Shown in pieces: positions 28,617-38,527 of a stretch of 64,000 nt of DNA (its first letter is position 1; each line of letters begins with the position of its first letter). A program made the position numbers and the translations under genes. The DNA is from a plasmid. The stretch is taken from the sequence record NZ_CP017041.1. One strand, given 5' to 3'. The notes beneath the pieces were generated by a model, which made no database searches, was not told where the DNA came from, and worked only from the letters and a program-made list of their open reading frames with translations.

Positions 28617-30733
28617 CGCTGGCCGCCCTTCGCTGGTTTGAGGGGGCTTCGCCTGCTGATACGCACGGGCTTCGTTGATCCACTCCGCCGTCGGTTGGCA
28701 GGCCTGGGTTTGAGCGGCTTATTGGGTTGCGGTTGAGGTTCCGGAGGCTTCTTAGGTTCCTTAGGGGGTTTCACATGCCTAGGCACTTCGGTGGCGGTGG
28801 GAGGAGTCAGCACGTGGCGCACCGGCTTAGTGACCTTCCGGACACCCAAGACAACCGGTTTGATCACCGCTTTGGTGCCCTTAACCATCGGTGCGGCTAC
28901 CTTCGCACCGGTGGCCTTGACTGCATGATGCGTCTTGATGGCCCCGGCCTCGGTTCGGCCAACCCGTCTAGCAGCAGCATCGAGGGTCGGGTGGCCCGTC
29001 GTCGCCCTCACCGGTGCGTCCTTGCCCTGGCGGGTCTGCTTAGCGATCGCCGACATGCCGCCTCGCAATGCCGAAACATGATTGTGGGCGTGGGCGATCG
29101 CCGACATGCCGGCCGTCGCGATTTTTGACTGGCCCTGCGGGGCCCCTGCCCCAGCACGAATCTGCCGGTAAGCCGCCGACGTGCGACGAGCACCCGCCGC
29201 CATTCGCGCCACCTTCGCAGCCCTAGTCACTCCCGTCGACACGCCACCCGTGGCTACCGCAGCAGCACCCGAGACCACAGTCGAGGCCATCCGCCTTCGA
29301 CCCCATCCGGTGAGCTTGCGACCACCACTGCGCACCATCCGGCGAGCACCCCGCCCAGCCCACTGGCCGATCACCGAGCCCCTTTCGGAACGCTTGCTGC
29401 GCATCCAATCGTTGATCTTGTCCCTCAGCCCCTTCTCGCCCTTGTGACGACGCCACATGGACATCAAGAACCCGATAATCCCCACGAGCTCGAGCATGTT
29501 GACAACCATGACCTTGATGGCGACATCACCGTCAGAGGCGAAAACCGACTTGATGATGAGCATGACCACACCCAACATCACCATCGACCCGACAATGCCG
29601 ATCATCGAGTACAAGATCGAACACAGATCCCGGATGAGCGGATCTGTGCGGCCAGGGATAGCCCGCAACACGTTGAGCATCGACATGAACGCCGACCACA
29701 CCAACTTGCACACGTAGAACCAGCACATGCCCGCGAACACCAGCAGGACCACAGCCAAACCCGCCACCGTCGACGAGTAAAAGAAGAACCCCACCAACCA
29801 CGAACCATCCGCAATATCGCCGGCGTAATCCGACAACCCCTCATCACAGTCACCAAGGTCGTCGCGAGCATCCGAGACGTCATCGTAAGGGCCACCCTTG
29901 AGCACCTCGATGTACTTGTCGTGGCACTTCGCATCAATAATCCGGCCATAGTTGAGCTGCTGATGAACCGGCGCCACGAACGAGTCCACAATGATCGCCG
30001 ACAGCTTCGGATCCTTCGAGTCTCCCGTCGAGGTCATGTCATCAGGAACCTCGACCTCACCAGCGGTCGCCGTCGCAGGATCAACCGAACTAGTAATCAT
30101 GTGAGACAGCGCCACACCGAACTGCTGGGTGCGAGCCAACGGAGTAGCCAACGTCGTCGTATCGCCTGCGAACTTCGCCACTGGGGCCGCCAAGAAACCC
30201 AACGCCAGCGCCGCAGCAATCGCCGCACGCGCACCCGTAGCCCACGCCCCAGCCGTGCGTCCCCTCATCATCTTGACGACCACGCCCACACCGGCGCACG
30301 TCGTCAGCAACGTCAACACCGTTCCACCCCAGCTGTCCGCTCCCAGCGGAGCCAAAACCTTGTCGTGGATGTCGTTCTGCAACCCCACCAGCGGGCCGGT
30401 AATCCACCCCACCCAGCTCATCGCCACGGTCCAGTCCAACAACCGGCACAACAGGGCAACGACCATCAGGTACGTGTTCCAACACATACCAATAATGGAG
30501 GCCCACATACCCTTCAGCGGGGCCGTAACACCACCATCGTCCAACGACATCTGGTACTGAAACAAGTGAATACCGTTGGAGTCAGTCACATTGAAACCAT
30601 CACCCATCCAGCCCAGCCCAGGACCCGACGCCATAGCAGGCACACTGCCCAACGCCACCACCAGAACCAGCGTGGTGACGATGATACGGAACCACCGCTC
30701 CCCGGTTCCGCGACGATACGGATGACGGCTCAC
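28613..30733 (-). CDS. Polytopic membrane protein, VirB6/TcpH-like, with basic Ala/Pro-rich C-terminal tail
   Basis: 706 aa ORF with many hydrophobic helices. It lies between the VirB4-like ATPase and the hydrolase. The C-terminal ~250 aa are low-complexity (K/R/A/P-rich). Confidence 0.45.
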   Translation of the reverse strand: MSRHPYRRGTGERWFRIIVTTLVLVVALGSVPAMASGPGLGWMGDGFNVTDSNGIHLFQYQMSLDDGGVTAPLKGMWASIIGMCWNTYLMVVALLCRLLDWTVAMSWVGWITGPLVGLQNDIHDKVLAPLGADSWGGTVLTLLTTCAGVGVVVKMMRGRTAGAWATGARAAIAAALALGFLAAPVAKFAGDTTTLATPLARTQQFGVALSHMITSSVDPATATAGEVEVPDDMTSTGDSKDPKLSAIIVDSFVAPVHQQLNYGRIIDAKCHDKYIEVLKGGPYDDVSDARDDLGDCDEGLSDYAGDIADGSWLVGFFFYSSTVAGLAVVLLVFAGMCWFYVCKLVWSAFMSMLNVLRAIPGRTDPLIRDLCSILYSMIGIVGSMVMLGVVMLIIKSVFASDGDVAIKVMVVNMLELVGIIGFLMSMWRRHKGEKGLRDKINDWMRSKRSERGSVIGQWAGRGARRMVRSGGRKLTGWGRRRMASTVVSGAAAVATGGVSTGVTRAAKVARMAAGARRTSAAYRQIRAGAGAPQGQSKIATAGMSAIAHAHNHVSALRGGMSAIAKQTRQGKDAPVRATTGHPTLDAAARRVGRTEAGAIKTHHAVKATGAKVAAPMVKGTKAVIKPVVLGVRKVTKPVRHVLTPPTATEVPRHVKPPKEPKKPPEPQPQPNKPLKPRPANRRRSGSTKPVRISRRSPLKPAKGGQR

Positions 30734-33252
30734 GCTGCCTCCTGGTCGTGCTCGGGCGGGTTGGAGCTAGCGGCCTCACGATGGGGACCGTAGGCAGGTC
30801 TCAAGAGCCGAATCTCACCGACGTTGCCGTGTTGGTCGGCGTACAGGCCACAACCGGGGCCTCCGGGGTTGAGAGCAATCTTGACCAGGTCAGCGAACTC
30901 CTCAGGGGACGTTTTAGGGTCCACGCCCAGGAACTCGACACCTTTCTGGGCGAGGTTGATGTTGTCGCACAGCAACACGATGCGATGCTGAATGAGGTTA
31001 CGGACGGTCTCGTTGGGGTAATCGGCCTCGGGGTCGTGGGAGCCAGTAATGAGCCAGGCGTTGGCTCGGCGGGACTCACGCACGTACTCATCGATGGCGT
31101 GGGAGGCCTCCGGCGAGGACGACATATGGTGGAACTCATCAACGATGAAAGCGGCGTCGCGGGCCCGGTCGCTAAAGCACACCAGGCGAGCCAGACGAGC
31201 AATGAGCGCGTAGAGAGCCCGGCCAAACACCTTGTGCGGGGGCAGCTGCCGAAACAAATGTTCTGACAGCATCTCCTCGGCGTTAGGAAGAGCGATGCCA
31301 CAAGTGCCGATGATGAGGATGTCGGCACTCAGGTCGGCGGGAGGAAGGTCCGGGTCAAAGATGGCCGAAGCTAGGGAGGCCGAGTTCTCGATGTCAGCGA
31401 ACACGGCAATCCTGTCAGCGATCGCGGTGGCCTCGGGAAGGTCGCACTCCTCGGCCAGGTGGCGGGCCAAACGCCCACACGAGGTGATCTGGTGGTCACG
31501 CATGTAGGCCGGCTTGAGGACCTTGGCCAGCGTGGTTCCGGCCACACCGATGGTCTCCAAGTTAAGCAAGGTCAGCAAGAACGACTGGGCGACCTGTCCG
31601 GCCATCTCCGGGGGAAGGATGCGCAGCGGGTCCAGCGACAGCTTGGGGTGGGCCGTGTCGACGATCTGGCGTCTAACCCCGTCGATAGAGTTGACAAAGG
31701 TTACCCACTCCCGCTCATCGGAGTTGTCGGTGGCAATAATGCGCCCGCCCCGGGCCGCGATGGCTGCGCACAGCCGCTTCTCGGCCATCGTCTTGCCCGC
31801 GCCCATCTTGCCGATGAACGCCACCGTGTTGCCCTTCTGATCCTGAGTGTCGGCATGCAGGTCAAGGAAGGCCAGCGACTGCAACGGGGAGCCTGTGACC
31901 ACAGCCAACGGGATGCCGGTGGTACGGCCCAACCGGTACTCGACCACCGGGATAGATGCGGCGAACGCGGAGGCGTGAGTCAGCTGACGGTAGGCGTTAA
32001 GCGAGGAGGAGAACCGGCCACCGGGCCGGGCAGCCCACAGCAAGTCCTCCTGACGGCCCACGGGACGCACCCACGTGAAGTCACCGAACACCGGATCATT
32101 GACGAACGCTCCTGCCAGCTCCTCGGTGGTCTCAAAGTCAGGAGACGAGACAGTGACGGTGATAAGAGCCTGGATCTCGACCTCACGCTCATCGGCGGCC
32201 AGCTCGGCGTTGTAGTCGACGAGCACCTGAGCGGAATGCTCGATAGACATGAGGGTCGAAGCCTGGGTCATCTCACCGCCCTCGACGTTGTCGAGCTGGT
32301 CGACGGTTTGGCGGATGGCCCGCTGATTTTTCTGCATCGCAGCGTGACGGGTCCGGGCCACTCCCCGGATCGCCACGTCGACCGGCACGCCAGTGTCGTC
32401 GATACGGCCCAGGAACTCGTAGGCAGGCCACGTCATCGTGCGGGGCACCTTGCCCAGCGCAATGTGGGACTGGTAGACGGTCTCGCCGGTGTCGGCACCG
32501 ATTTTGAGGACGCGACGATTCCACGCCTGAGCCGTCCGGGACATGTCGGAGACTCGCTTGTCATCCCCGCTGGCCAGCAGGTCGGAGGTCGCGGCCTCAT
32601 CGATGACCAACTCCCCCAGCGCGGCACGTCCAGCCTCATCCATGAGGGCGATTCCCTCGCCAGGGGCATCATCACGCAACCGGGTCGGGTGGCCTGACAG
32701 GTGCTGCCGAAGCCAGATCTGTTCATCAACGGTGACCGGGCGGGGTTGGAACGCTGCCGGCAGTTTCGCACCGAATTCCTTAGCCTGACGGAGGGCCCAC
32801 TCCCGTGCGACACGGCCAGGAGCGGTGGTCATGAGTCCGGCGGCTTCGGTGATTTTGTTGAGGGCGGCGGTCCAGGCGGTGTGGGTGCGTATTTTCTGGT
32901 CTTGGTTGAGTTTGATCGATAGGAACCACACGCGCCGGCCTAGGGATTCGGTTTCAGGCTGGTCGAGGGTGGCGTCGATTTCGTCGGCCCACACGGGGTG
33001 TTCGCTCAGGTCGAGGCCGGCGGCCATGGCGTCGACGATTTCTGTGGGGTCGGTCCAGGTGAGGGCTCCGTTGAGGCAGAACTCGTGGCGGGCGAGGTGG
33101 CGGAATAGGTCGCGGTGAGCTGCGGCGACGGTGAGGGAGGCGTTCTCGGTGACGGGTCGCTGGAGGGGAGTGAGTCGCCAAGTGGCCCAGATGTCGCCGG
33201 TGGAGGTCCAGACGAGGTTGTCGAAGAGGAACCGTTCGGGGATGGACATCAT
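30730..33252 (-). CDS. VirB4/TcpF-like conjugative ATPase
   Basis: 840 aa ORF with Walker A (GKMGAGKT) and Walker B (AAFIVDEFHHM). Confidence 0.8.
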   Translation of the reverse strand: MMSIPERFLFDNLVWTSTGDIWATWRLTPLQRPVTENASLTVAAAHRDLFRHLARHEFCLNGALTWTDPTEIVDAMAAGLDLSEHPVWADEIDATLDQPETESLGRRVWFLSIKLNQDQKIRTHTAWTAALNKITEAAGLMTTAPGRVAREWALRQAKEFGAKLPAAFQPRPVTVDEQIWLRQHLSGHPTRLRDDAPGEGIALMDEAGRAALGELVIDEAATSDLLASGDDKRVSDMSRTAQAWNRRVLKIGADTGETVYQSHIALGKVPRTMTWPAYEFLGRIDDTGVPVDVAIRGVARTRHAAMQKNQRAIRQTVDQLDNVEGGEMTQASTLMSIEHSAQVLVDYNAELAADEREVEIQALITVTVSSPDFETTEELAGAFVNDPVFGDFTWVRPVGRQEDLLWAARPGGRFSSSLNAYRQLTHASAFAASIPVVEYRLGRTTGIPLAVVTGSPLQSLAFLDLHADTQDQKGNTVAFIGKMGAGKTMAEKRLCAAIAARGGRIIATDNSDEREWVTFVNSIDGVRRQIVDTAHPKLSLDPLRILPPEMAGQVAQSFLLTLLNLETIGVAGTTLAKVLKPAYMRDHQITSCGRLARHLAEECDLPEATAIADRIAVFADIENSASLASAIFDPDLPPADLSADILIIGTCGIALPNAEEMLSEHLFRQLPPHKVFGRALYALIARLARLVCFSDRARDAAFIVDEFHHMSSSPEASHAIDEYVRESRRANAWLITGSHDPEADYPNETVRNLIQHRIVLLCDNINLAQKGVEFLGVDPKTSPEEFADLVKIALNPGGPGCGLYADQHGNVGEIRLLRPAYGPHREAASSNPPEHDQEAA

Positions 33253-33890
33253 GACTCCTTTTCGGCGGCGGCGAGGAAGGCTTCCAGGCCGCTGCGGCGT
33301 ACAGCGTTCCCGGTAGGGTGCAGGGGTTTTCTGGGGGTGGGTTCAGGTTTCGGGTCTGGGAGGGGTTTGGGCTCGTAGGTGGTGTCGATGTCTTCGGCGA
33401 GGACGTGGTCGAGCAGGCAGGTGGCCGGGGTGTCGGTAGTCTCGTCCAGCTCGTCGATCATCTCGTCGAGGAGGTTGGGGGTGGTGGATGCGGCCCACAC
33501 AGGTGGGATAGCCGGTGCGGGTCGAGGCGGTGTGGGGAGGCGGAGTTTGGTTTGGCCCCAGAGGGGTGTGTGGGTCATGCCGGCGGGAGTGGTGGCGGCG
33601 TGAGTGGTCACGCGCCACCAGCCCGCCAGCCATGCCAGAGGTGACCAGGTCCAGTCGATGCGGCCGATGATGAACTGGGCGAGCCATCCGGCGGCCAGCG
33701 CGAAGATGAAACCGCGGATGGTCATGCCCCCGTCGATAATTTTGAAGCCCATCATCGCGGCAGGAACTACGCCGCCGACAGCGAGCACCTGATAGATCGT
33801 GTAAGGCCCGCCGGGGATCTTTCGACCCGAAGAGTCCTTACCGATGATGCGGGGCTGCTGGCGGGCTTCGGTGTGCCACTGGATGTCCAT
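33249..33890 (-). CDS. Small membrane protein (VirB3/TcpE-like position)
   Basis: 213 aa ORF with two or three TM helices. It is immediately upstream of, and coupled to, the VirB4-like gene. Confidence 0.4.
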   Translation of the reverse strand: MDIQWHTEARQQPRIIGKDSSGRKIPGGPYTIYQVLAVGGVVPAAMMGFKIIDGGMTIRGFIFALAAGWLAQFIIGRIDWTWSPLAWLAGWWRVTTHAATTPAGMTHTPLWGQTKLRLPTPPRPAPAIPPVWAASTTPNLLDEMIDELDETTDTPATCLLDHVLAEDIDTTYEPKPLPDPKPEPTPRKPLHPTGNAVRRSGLEAFLAAAEKES

Positions 33891-33965
33891 GACTTGCTTC
33901 CGGGTTCTCGGCTCTACCGGGCGGGAGCCTCAATAGCGGCCTTTGTGTGCTGGGGAATGTCCATG

Positions 33966-34232
33966 TCAGCCCTTGCCCAGTCCCTGCATCATCTGTCCGA
34001 AGAATTGGATGGCGTTGCCTTGGATGAGCCAGTACGCCATGCCACAGACGAACAGCATGGAGACGATTTTCGCGAGGCTCATGCCGTGTCGGAAGATGTT
34101 GAACGCGGCGAGGGCCATGACTGCGAGCATGGCGACGGCTCGCACTGCGGAGTTTCCTTCACCTGCCTTAGTTGTGGTCCATTCGAAGAGGTTCTGTGTT
34201 TCCAGTGGGAACAGGAGAAATTGGTCGAGCAT
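33966..34232 (-). CDS. Small two-TM protein, VirB2/TrbC pilin-like candidate
   Basis: An internal ATG at 34232 gives an 89-aa hydrophobic protein. The 154-aa ORF-track version has an implausible Arg/Pro-rich N-terminal extension. Confidence 0.35.
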   Translation of the reverse strand: MLDQFLLFPLETQNLFEWTTTKAGEGNSAVRAVAMLAVMALAAFNIFRHGMSLAKIVSMLFVCGMAYWLIQGNAIQFFGQMMQGLGKG

Positions 34233-34249
34233 GAGGATGGCTTGTCCTT

Positions 34250-35140
34250 TCAGGAGGCCGACCGGGATGGGCCCGGTGTTGACGGGCTGGGCGACACGGG
34301 TGTGCCGGCCAGGGGCAGAAGGCGTGACGGCTGGTCGAGGGCGGCGACCTCCCATCGGCCTGCACGGCTGACAAGGGTCAGGCCGTACTGGCTGGTCCGG
34401 GTGGTGGATTCGTCGCCGGTGGGCTGGCATGTCACGGTCACCGTGACGGTAATCTTCTGCCGGTCTGAGGGGGTGGGGACCTCGTCAGGTCCCACCACAT
34501 GAGTGGTTTTCACTGATACGCATGGGGCTGGGTCAACCGCGGTGAAAGCGGTCCCTGGGCTGCTCCATCTCGACAGGTCGGTGCTTCCGGCCAGCATGGC
34601 GGTTAGGAAGCCTGAAGAGGTTTGGGCGGCCGGGTCGGCGGTGCGAAGCTCCGAGGTGTCTAGGGTGGGGGCCGAGGCCGGTGCAGGCATGGGGATCTGT
34701 CCAGGTAGACGCAAGGCGATGGCCTTGCCGTTGGAATCGACGTGGACCGGGACTGACCAGGCCTGTCCGCTCCCGGATTGACCGCCCATGGTGACCACGG
34801 TGACCTGCCACAGGCTCGGGTCAGACGGGGAGACGGTGGCATCGGCGACGGTGACTGTGGTGGGGGCCGGGCCGGGTTTGCGGGGCAGTCGGGCGTCGGT
34901 GATCTTGGCCGCCACCAGGTGCCCCAAGTTGTCCAGGTGCTCAGAGTCGGAGGTCAGCAGAAGAGTAGTCACCTCGACCGCGGTGGCTGAGGCGATCTGA
35001 GCTGTGCGGCGGTCGTGATGGGTGGTGTCAGTGCTGACAGCTGTGGTGGGAGCGGATGCCGGGGCCGCCGAACGGACCAGGGCAACGGGGCCGCATGCGA
35101 CTCCGCACAGCACGAGGGCAAGGAAGCCTTTGGTGGCCAT
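34250..35140 (-). CDS. Secreted protein / putative lipoprotein of transfer module
   Basis: A start at the MATKGFLALVLCGVACGPVAL signal peptide (lipobox-like LCGVAC) is preferred over the longer ORF-track start. Confidence 0.4.
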   Translation of the reverse strand: MATKGFLALVLCGVACGPVALVRSAAPASAPTTAVSTDTTHHDRRTAQIASATAVEVTTLLLTSDSEHLDNLGHLVAAKITDARLPRKPGPAPTTVTVADATVSPSDPSLWQVTVVTMGGQSGSGQAWSVPVHVDSNGKAIALRLPGQIPMPAPASAPTLDTSELRTADPAAQTSSGFLTAMLAGSTDLSRWSSPGTAFTAVDPAPCVSVKTTHVVGPDEVPTPSDRQKITVTVTVTCQPTGDESTTRTSQYGLTLVSRAGRWEVAALDQPSRLLPLAGTPVSPSPSTPGPSRSAS

Positions 35141-35260
35141 CGATCCGGTGTGGGGCCAGGGACCCACGTTTTCCTGTGCCTGTTTTTTCTTGGCCGACCA
35201 GCGGCGGGACTTAGGGTTAGCGGATGCACCTTCTGGGGTGCATGCTCGTCTCAATCGCAT

Positions 35261-36086
35261 CGGTCACCTCCTTCATTCACTGGATGAAGGGATGAAGGGA
35301 GTGGCCCATGTGCGGTCGAACCCGAAAAAGTTCAAACTTTTTTCTGGGTCTGCCTCAAGTACGACAGAAGGCCTGCATCATCACGGCGTTGTGGTAGCAG
35401 ATCTTGCGTCAGCGTAAATGTATGGGCCTCGTAGGAGTAGCTCTTAGGTGGGTCCCGGTGGTTGCGGCCAGGGCGAGGGTGTCGGGTATGTGTAGCGCTA
35501 GTCCCGGGTTCGTGGTGTGAGGGCTTTTGGGTGCTGACATGCACTACCCATTGCTAGACGCTGTGCTGTGGCATGGCTAGGCGTCTAGCAGACGGGTTGA
35601 CATCACCTTTAGGCTGGCAGCATCCGAGGCCGCAGGCCAGAGGAATGCGGACAGCCTAACGATTGACGTCCCCCTCTTATTTCCTTCACCTCTTCCACTT
35701 TCTGGAGCTGGCACTCCCCTTGCTGATGTCAGCTTTTTCCTGGATGCCACGGTTGAGTCGACTACTCGAAGGTGGATCGATCCACCGATGTATCTGACTC
35801 TGGTTTTAGAGGCCATCCCCGCTACTTCTGAAGTCACCCCTTCTCCCCCGGCATGACAGGCGGCGCCCCACAGATTGACGACACTGCGGGGCTGCGGAGG
35901 TCTTCCAAGACTGTCGCCAGGGAAAGTGCGTGTCTGTCATCTCATCTTTTCCCGTCACATTTCCCCTTGTCAGAGCGGTTTTTGCAAAGTGACAACGTCA
36001 GGGGTCTTGACGACAACATCCTCGACAACATCGTGGCGGTGGTCTGTGTCTCGTCAGTTCAACGCACCGGGGAAAGAGGCACCGCT
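35261..36086. promoter_or_regulatory. ~0.8-kb noncoding divergent region with several inverted repeats (candidate oriT / promoter hub)
   Basis: No ORF of at least 60 aa. Inverted repeat ctagacgc-N19-gcgtctag at 35554-35588. Perfect 14-bp palindrome gtggatcgatccac at 35772-35785. The region lies between minus-strand transfer genes and plus-strand sigma/par/tad genes. Confidence 0.3.
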
Positions 36087-36774
36087 GATGTTCACCACCA
36101 CAAACACTCTCAACGATGAATGGGACCAGATTCGCGCCATCGAGATCGATTGGCATGACTGCCCCGAACTGATGCACTGCATCGACGTTGATGATGTGTT
36201 GGCCGTCATTCCTGCCGCCCCCGACGCCATCCTGGGCTACCTCATTACCCGAGCTCAGGGCGGTGACGAGTTGGCCACCCGCACTATCATCCAAGCGTTC
36301 ACAGGCAAGCTTATTTTGATGGCCACGGCCACCAAGGTGCGCCGTACTAATGACGGCTTCAATGATCTGCTGGCGGGGTTGTGGGAGACGATCATCACGT
36401 ACCCGTTGGATCGTCGCCCTGACAAGATCGCTGCGAACCTCACCCTCGACACGTTGCACCGGGTTACCCGGTTCTGGCGTGCTGATTCCCCCGATGAGGA
36501 AGAGGCTCACGGTCTGGTGCCCTTCCCTGACACTCTCATCGCCCCAGAGCCCGATGAGGACGTCACAGCTAGCCAGGCCATCGCCTTGGCGGTGGACCGC
36601 AACTGGATTACCGAGGACCTAGCCCGCCTCATGAGCCATATTTACTGTGACGGTATGACTGGAGCTGATGCGGGTCGTCTGCATGGCTGCGCTCCAGCTA
36701 CGGTGCGATCTCGATGCCGTGATGGTCGGGCCGTGTTGCAGCGCAACGCCGAGACGATCCTGGCCGTCTGCTGA
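36087..36774 (+). CDS. ECF-type sigma-70 family factor (regions 2 and 4)
   Basis: The C-terminus has a region-4 HTH (HIYCDGMTGADAGRLHGCAPATVRSRCRDGRAVLQRN). The ATG at 36087 is preferred over the ORF-track start at 35875. Confidence 0.5.
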
Positions 36775-37517
36775 TCCCTCTCTTGCTCATGCCTGCCGCC
36801 ACCCTACCCCTACCTGCTAGAAACATAGCCATGTCTCCAGCAACGCATCTAGCATATTTTCTAGCAATTGATCTAGCTATGTATATAGCTGATGATCTAG
36901 CTATCATATAGCTGTGTCTCCAGCCTATGGGTCACGTTTACTGTGACGGTATGACTGGAGCTGATGCGGGTCGTCTGCATGGCTGCGCTCCAGCTACGGT
37001 GCGATCTCGATGCCGTGATGGTCGGGCCGTGTTGCAGCGCAACGCCGAGACGATCCTGGCCGTCTGCTGATCCCTCTCTTGCTCATGCCTGCCGCCACCC
37101 TACCCCTACCTGCTAGAAACATAGCCATGTCTCCAGCAACGCATCTAGCATATTTTCTAGCAATTGATCTAGCTATGTATATAGCTGATGATCTAGCTAT
37201 CATATAGCTGTGTCTCCAGCCTATGGGTCACGTTTACTGTGACGGTATGACTGGAGCTGATGCGGGTCGTCTGCATGGCTGCGCTCCAGCTACGGTGCGA
37301 TCTCGATGCCGTGATGGTCGGGCCGTGTTGCAGCGCAACGCCGAGACGATCCTGGCCGTCTGCTGATCCCTCTCTTGCTCATGCCTGCCGCCACCCTACC
37401 CCTACCTGCTAGAAACATAGCCATGTCTCCAGCAACGCATCTAGCATATTTTCTAGCAATTGATCTAGCTATGTATATAGCTGATGATCTAGCTATCATA
37501 TAGCTGTGTCTCCAGCC
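36641..37517. repeat. Tandem direct repeat, 296-bp unit x ~3, carrying AT-rich ATAGCT/CTAGC iteron-like motifs (parS-like)
   Basis: Identical 69-aa ORFs recur at 296-bp spacing (36698, 36994, 37290). Each unit is the last ~44 codons of the sigma gene plus 150 bp of AT-rich sequence with repeated gatctagcta / atagct inverted hexamers. An 11-nt junction (tatgggtcacg) joins the copies. Confidence 0.9.
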
Positions 37518-37600
37518 CAAATGACAGCCCAATGGCATGCTTGCCACAGGAAGGTGCGTCAGCCTCCCGAAATACTGGAAGGAGCTTTACCGTGCAGGAC

Positions 37601-38527
37601 ATGACCTCGACCAGACCGATTGACCGATCCCCGTTCGACCGCAGCATCGCGGTATGGAACCACAAAGGCGGCACGTTCAAGACGTCCGTCGTGGCGAACC
37701 TGGGATACCTGTTCGCCGCCGGTGGCAACAAGGTGCTGATGGTCGACATGGACCCCCAAGCCAATCTCGACATTGACTTCGGTATACCCGCGGGAGAACG
37801 TGAACGGGGCATGGGATTAGCCGAGGCGCTACGTGAGGGGACGGCCCTTCCCCCACCGCGTCATCTCAGCGAAAACCTTCACCTGGTCAGTGGCGGCCCG
37901 GCCCTCCACGAGTTCACCGACCCCGCCTCCCTAGCGGCCATCCTCGAGCGGGTCACTACCGCACGCTACGACCTGCTGGCCCAGGCCCTCGCACCGCTGG
38001 CCTGGGACTACGACCTTATCCTTATCGATTCCGGGCCGGCCCAGACTGTGCTGTCCCAGACCATCCTTGGAGTAGCCCGCTACCTGGTGGTGCCCACCCG
38101 CTCCGATAACGCCTCGATCACCGGGCTGGTCGGCGTTCAGGACGCCATCGATGAGGTCGCCGACTGCAACCCCGGCCTGAACCTGCTCGGTGTTGTGCTG
38201 GCTGGTGTGGGCACTCAGGCCACCCGGATCGGGGCCGATAAACGCAAGGCCATTGACACGGTCTTGGGGGAGGGGACCGTCTTCGAGGCGATCATCCACT
38301 ACTCCGAAAAAGTGGCCGTGCTCGCACGCCAGCAGGGTAAGACCGTCGCCGAGTTGGCTGGCGAATACCACCACACCCAGCCCGCCTACACCTACCTAGC
38401 CCAAGGCAAAAAGGTCCCCAACGTCGCTAAGGCGGCCGTCGCCATTGAAACCGACTACCTACGGTTGGCCACCGAAATCAGTGACCGCATGTTCGCCGGC
38501 GACGAGCAGGAGTCCACTCATGACTGA
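37601..38527 (+). CDS. parA: ParA/Soj-family partition ATPase
   Basis: Deviant Walker A (NHKGGTFKTS) followed by VLMVDMDPQANL. A start at 37601 is preferred (the ORF-track start at 37532 lies inside the repeat-derived sequence). Confidence 0.75.
   Translation: MTSTRPIDRSPFDRSIAVWNHKGGTFKTSVVANLGYLFAAGGNKVLMVDMDPQANLDIDFGIPAGERERGMGLAEALREGTALPPPRHLSENLHLVSGGPALHEFTDPASLAAILERVTTARYDLLAQALAPLAWDYDLILIDSGPAQTVLSQTILGVARYLVVPTRSDNASITGLVGVQDAIDEVADCNPGLNLLGVVLAGVGTQATRIGADKRKAIDTVLGEGTVFEAIIHYSEKVAVLARQQGKTVAELAGEYHHTQPAYTYLAQGKKVPNVAKAAVAIETDYLRLATEISDRMFAGDEQESTHD

Noticed and set aside
36698-37547. Three identical 69-85-aa minus-strand ORFs (MIARSSAIYIARSIARKYARCVAGDMAMF...).
   Set aside because: Their identity is a consequence of the 296-bp tandem triplication. 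They are antisense to the sigma-factor 3' fragment and span AT-rich noncoding sequence. They are considered artifacts.
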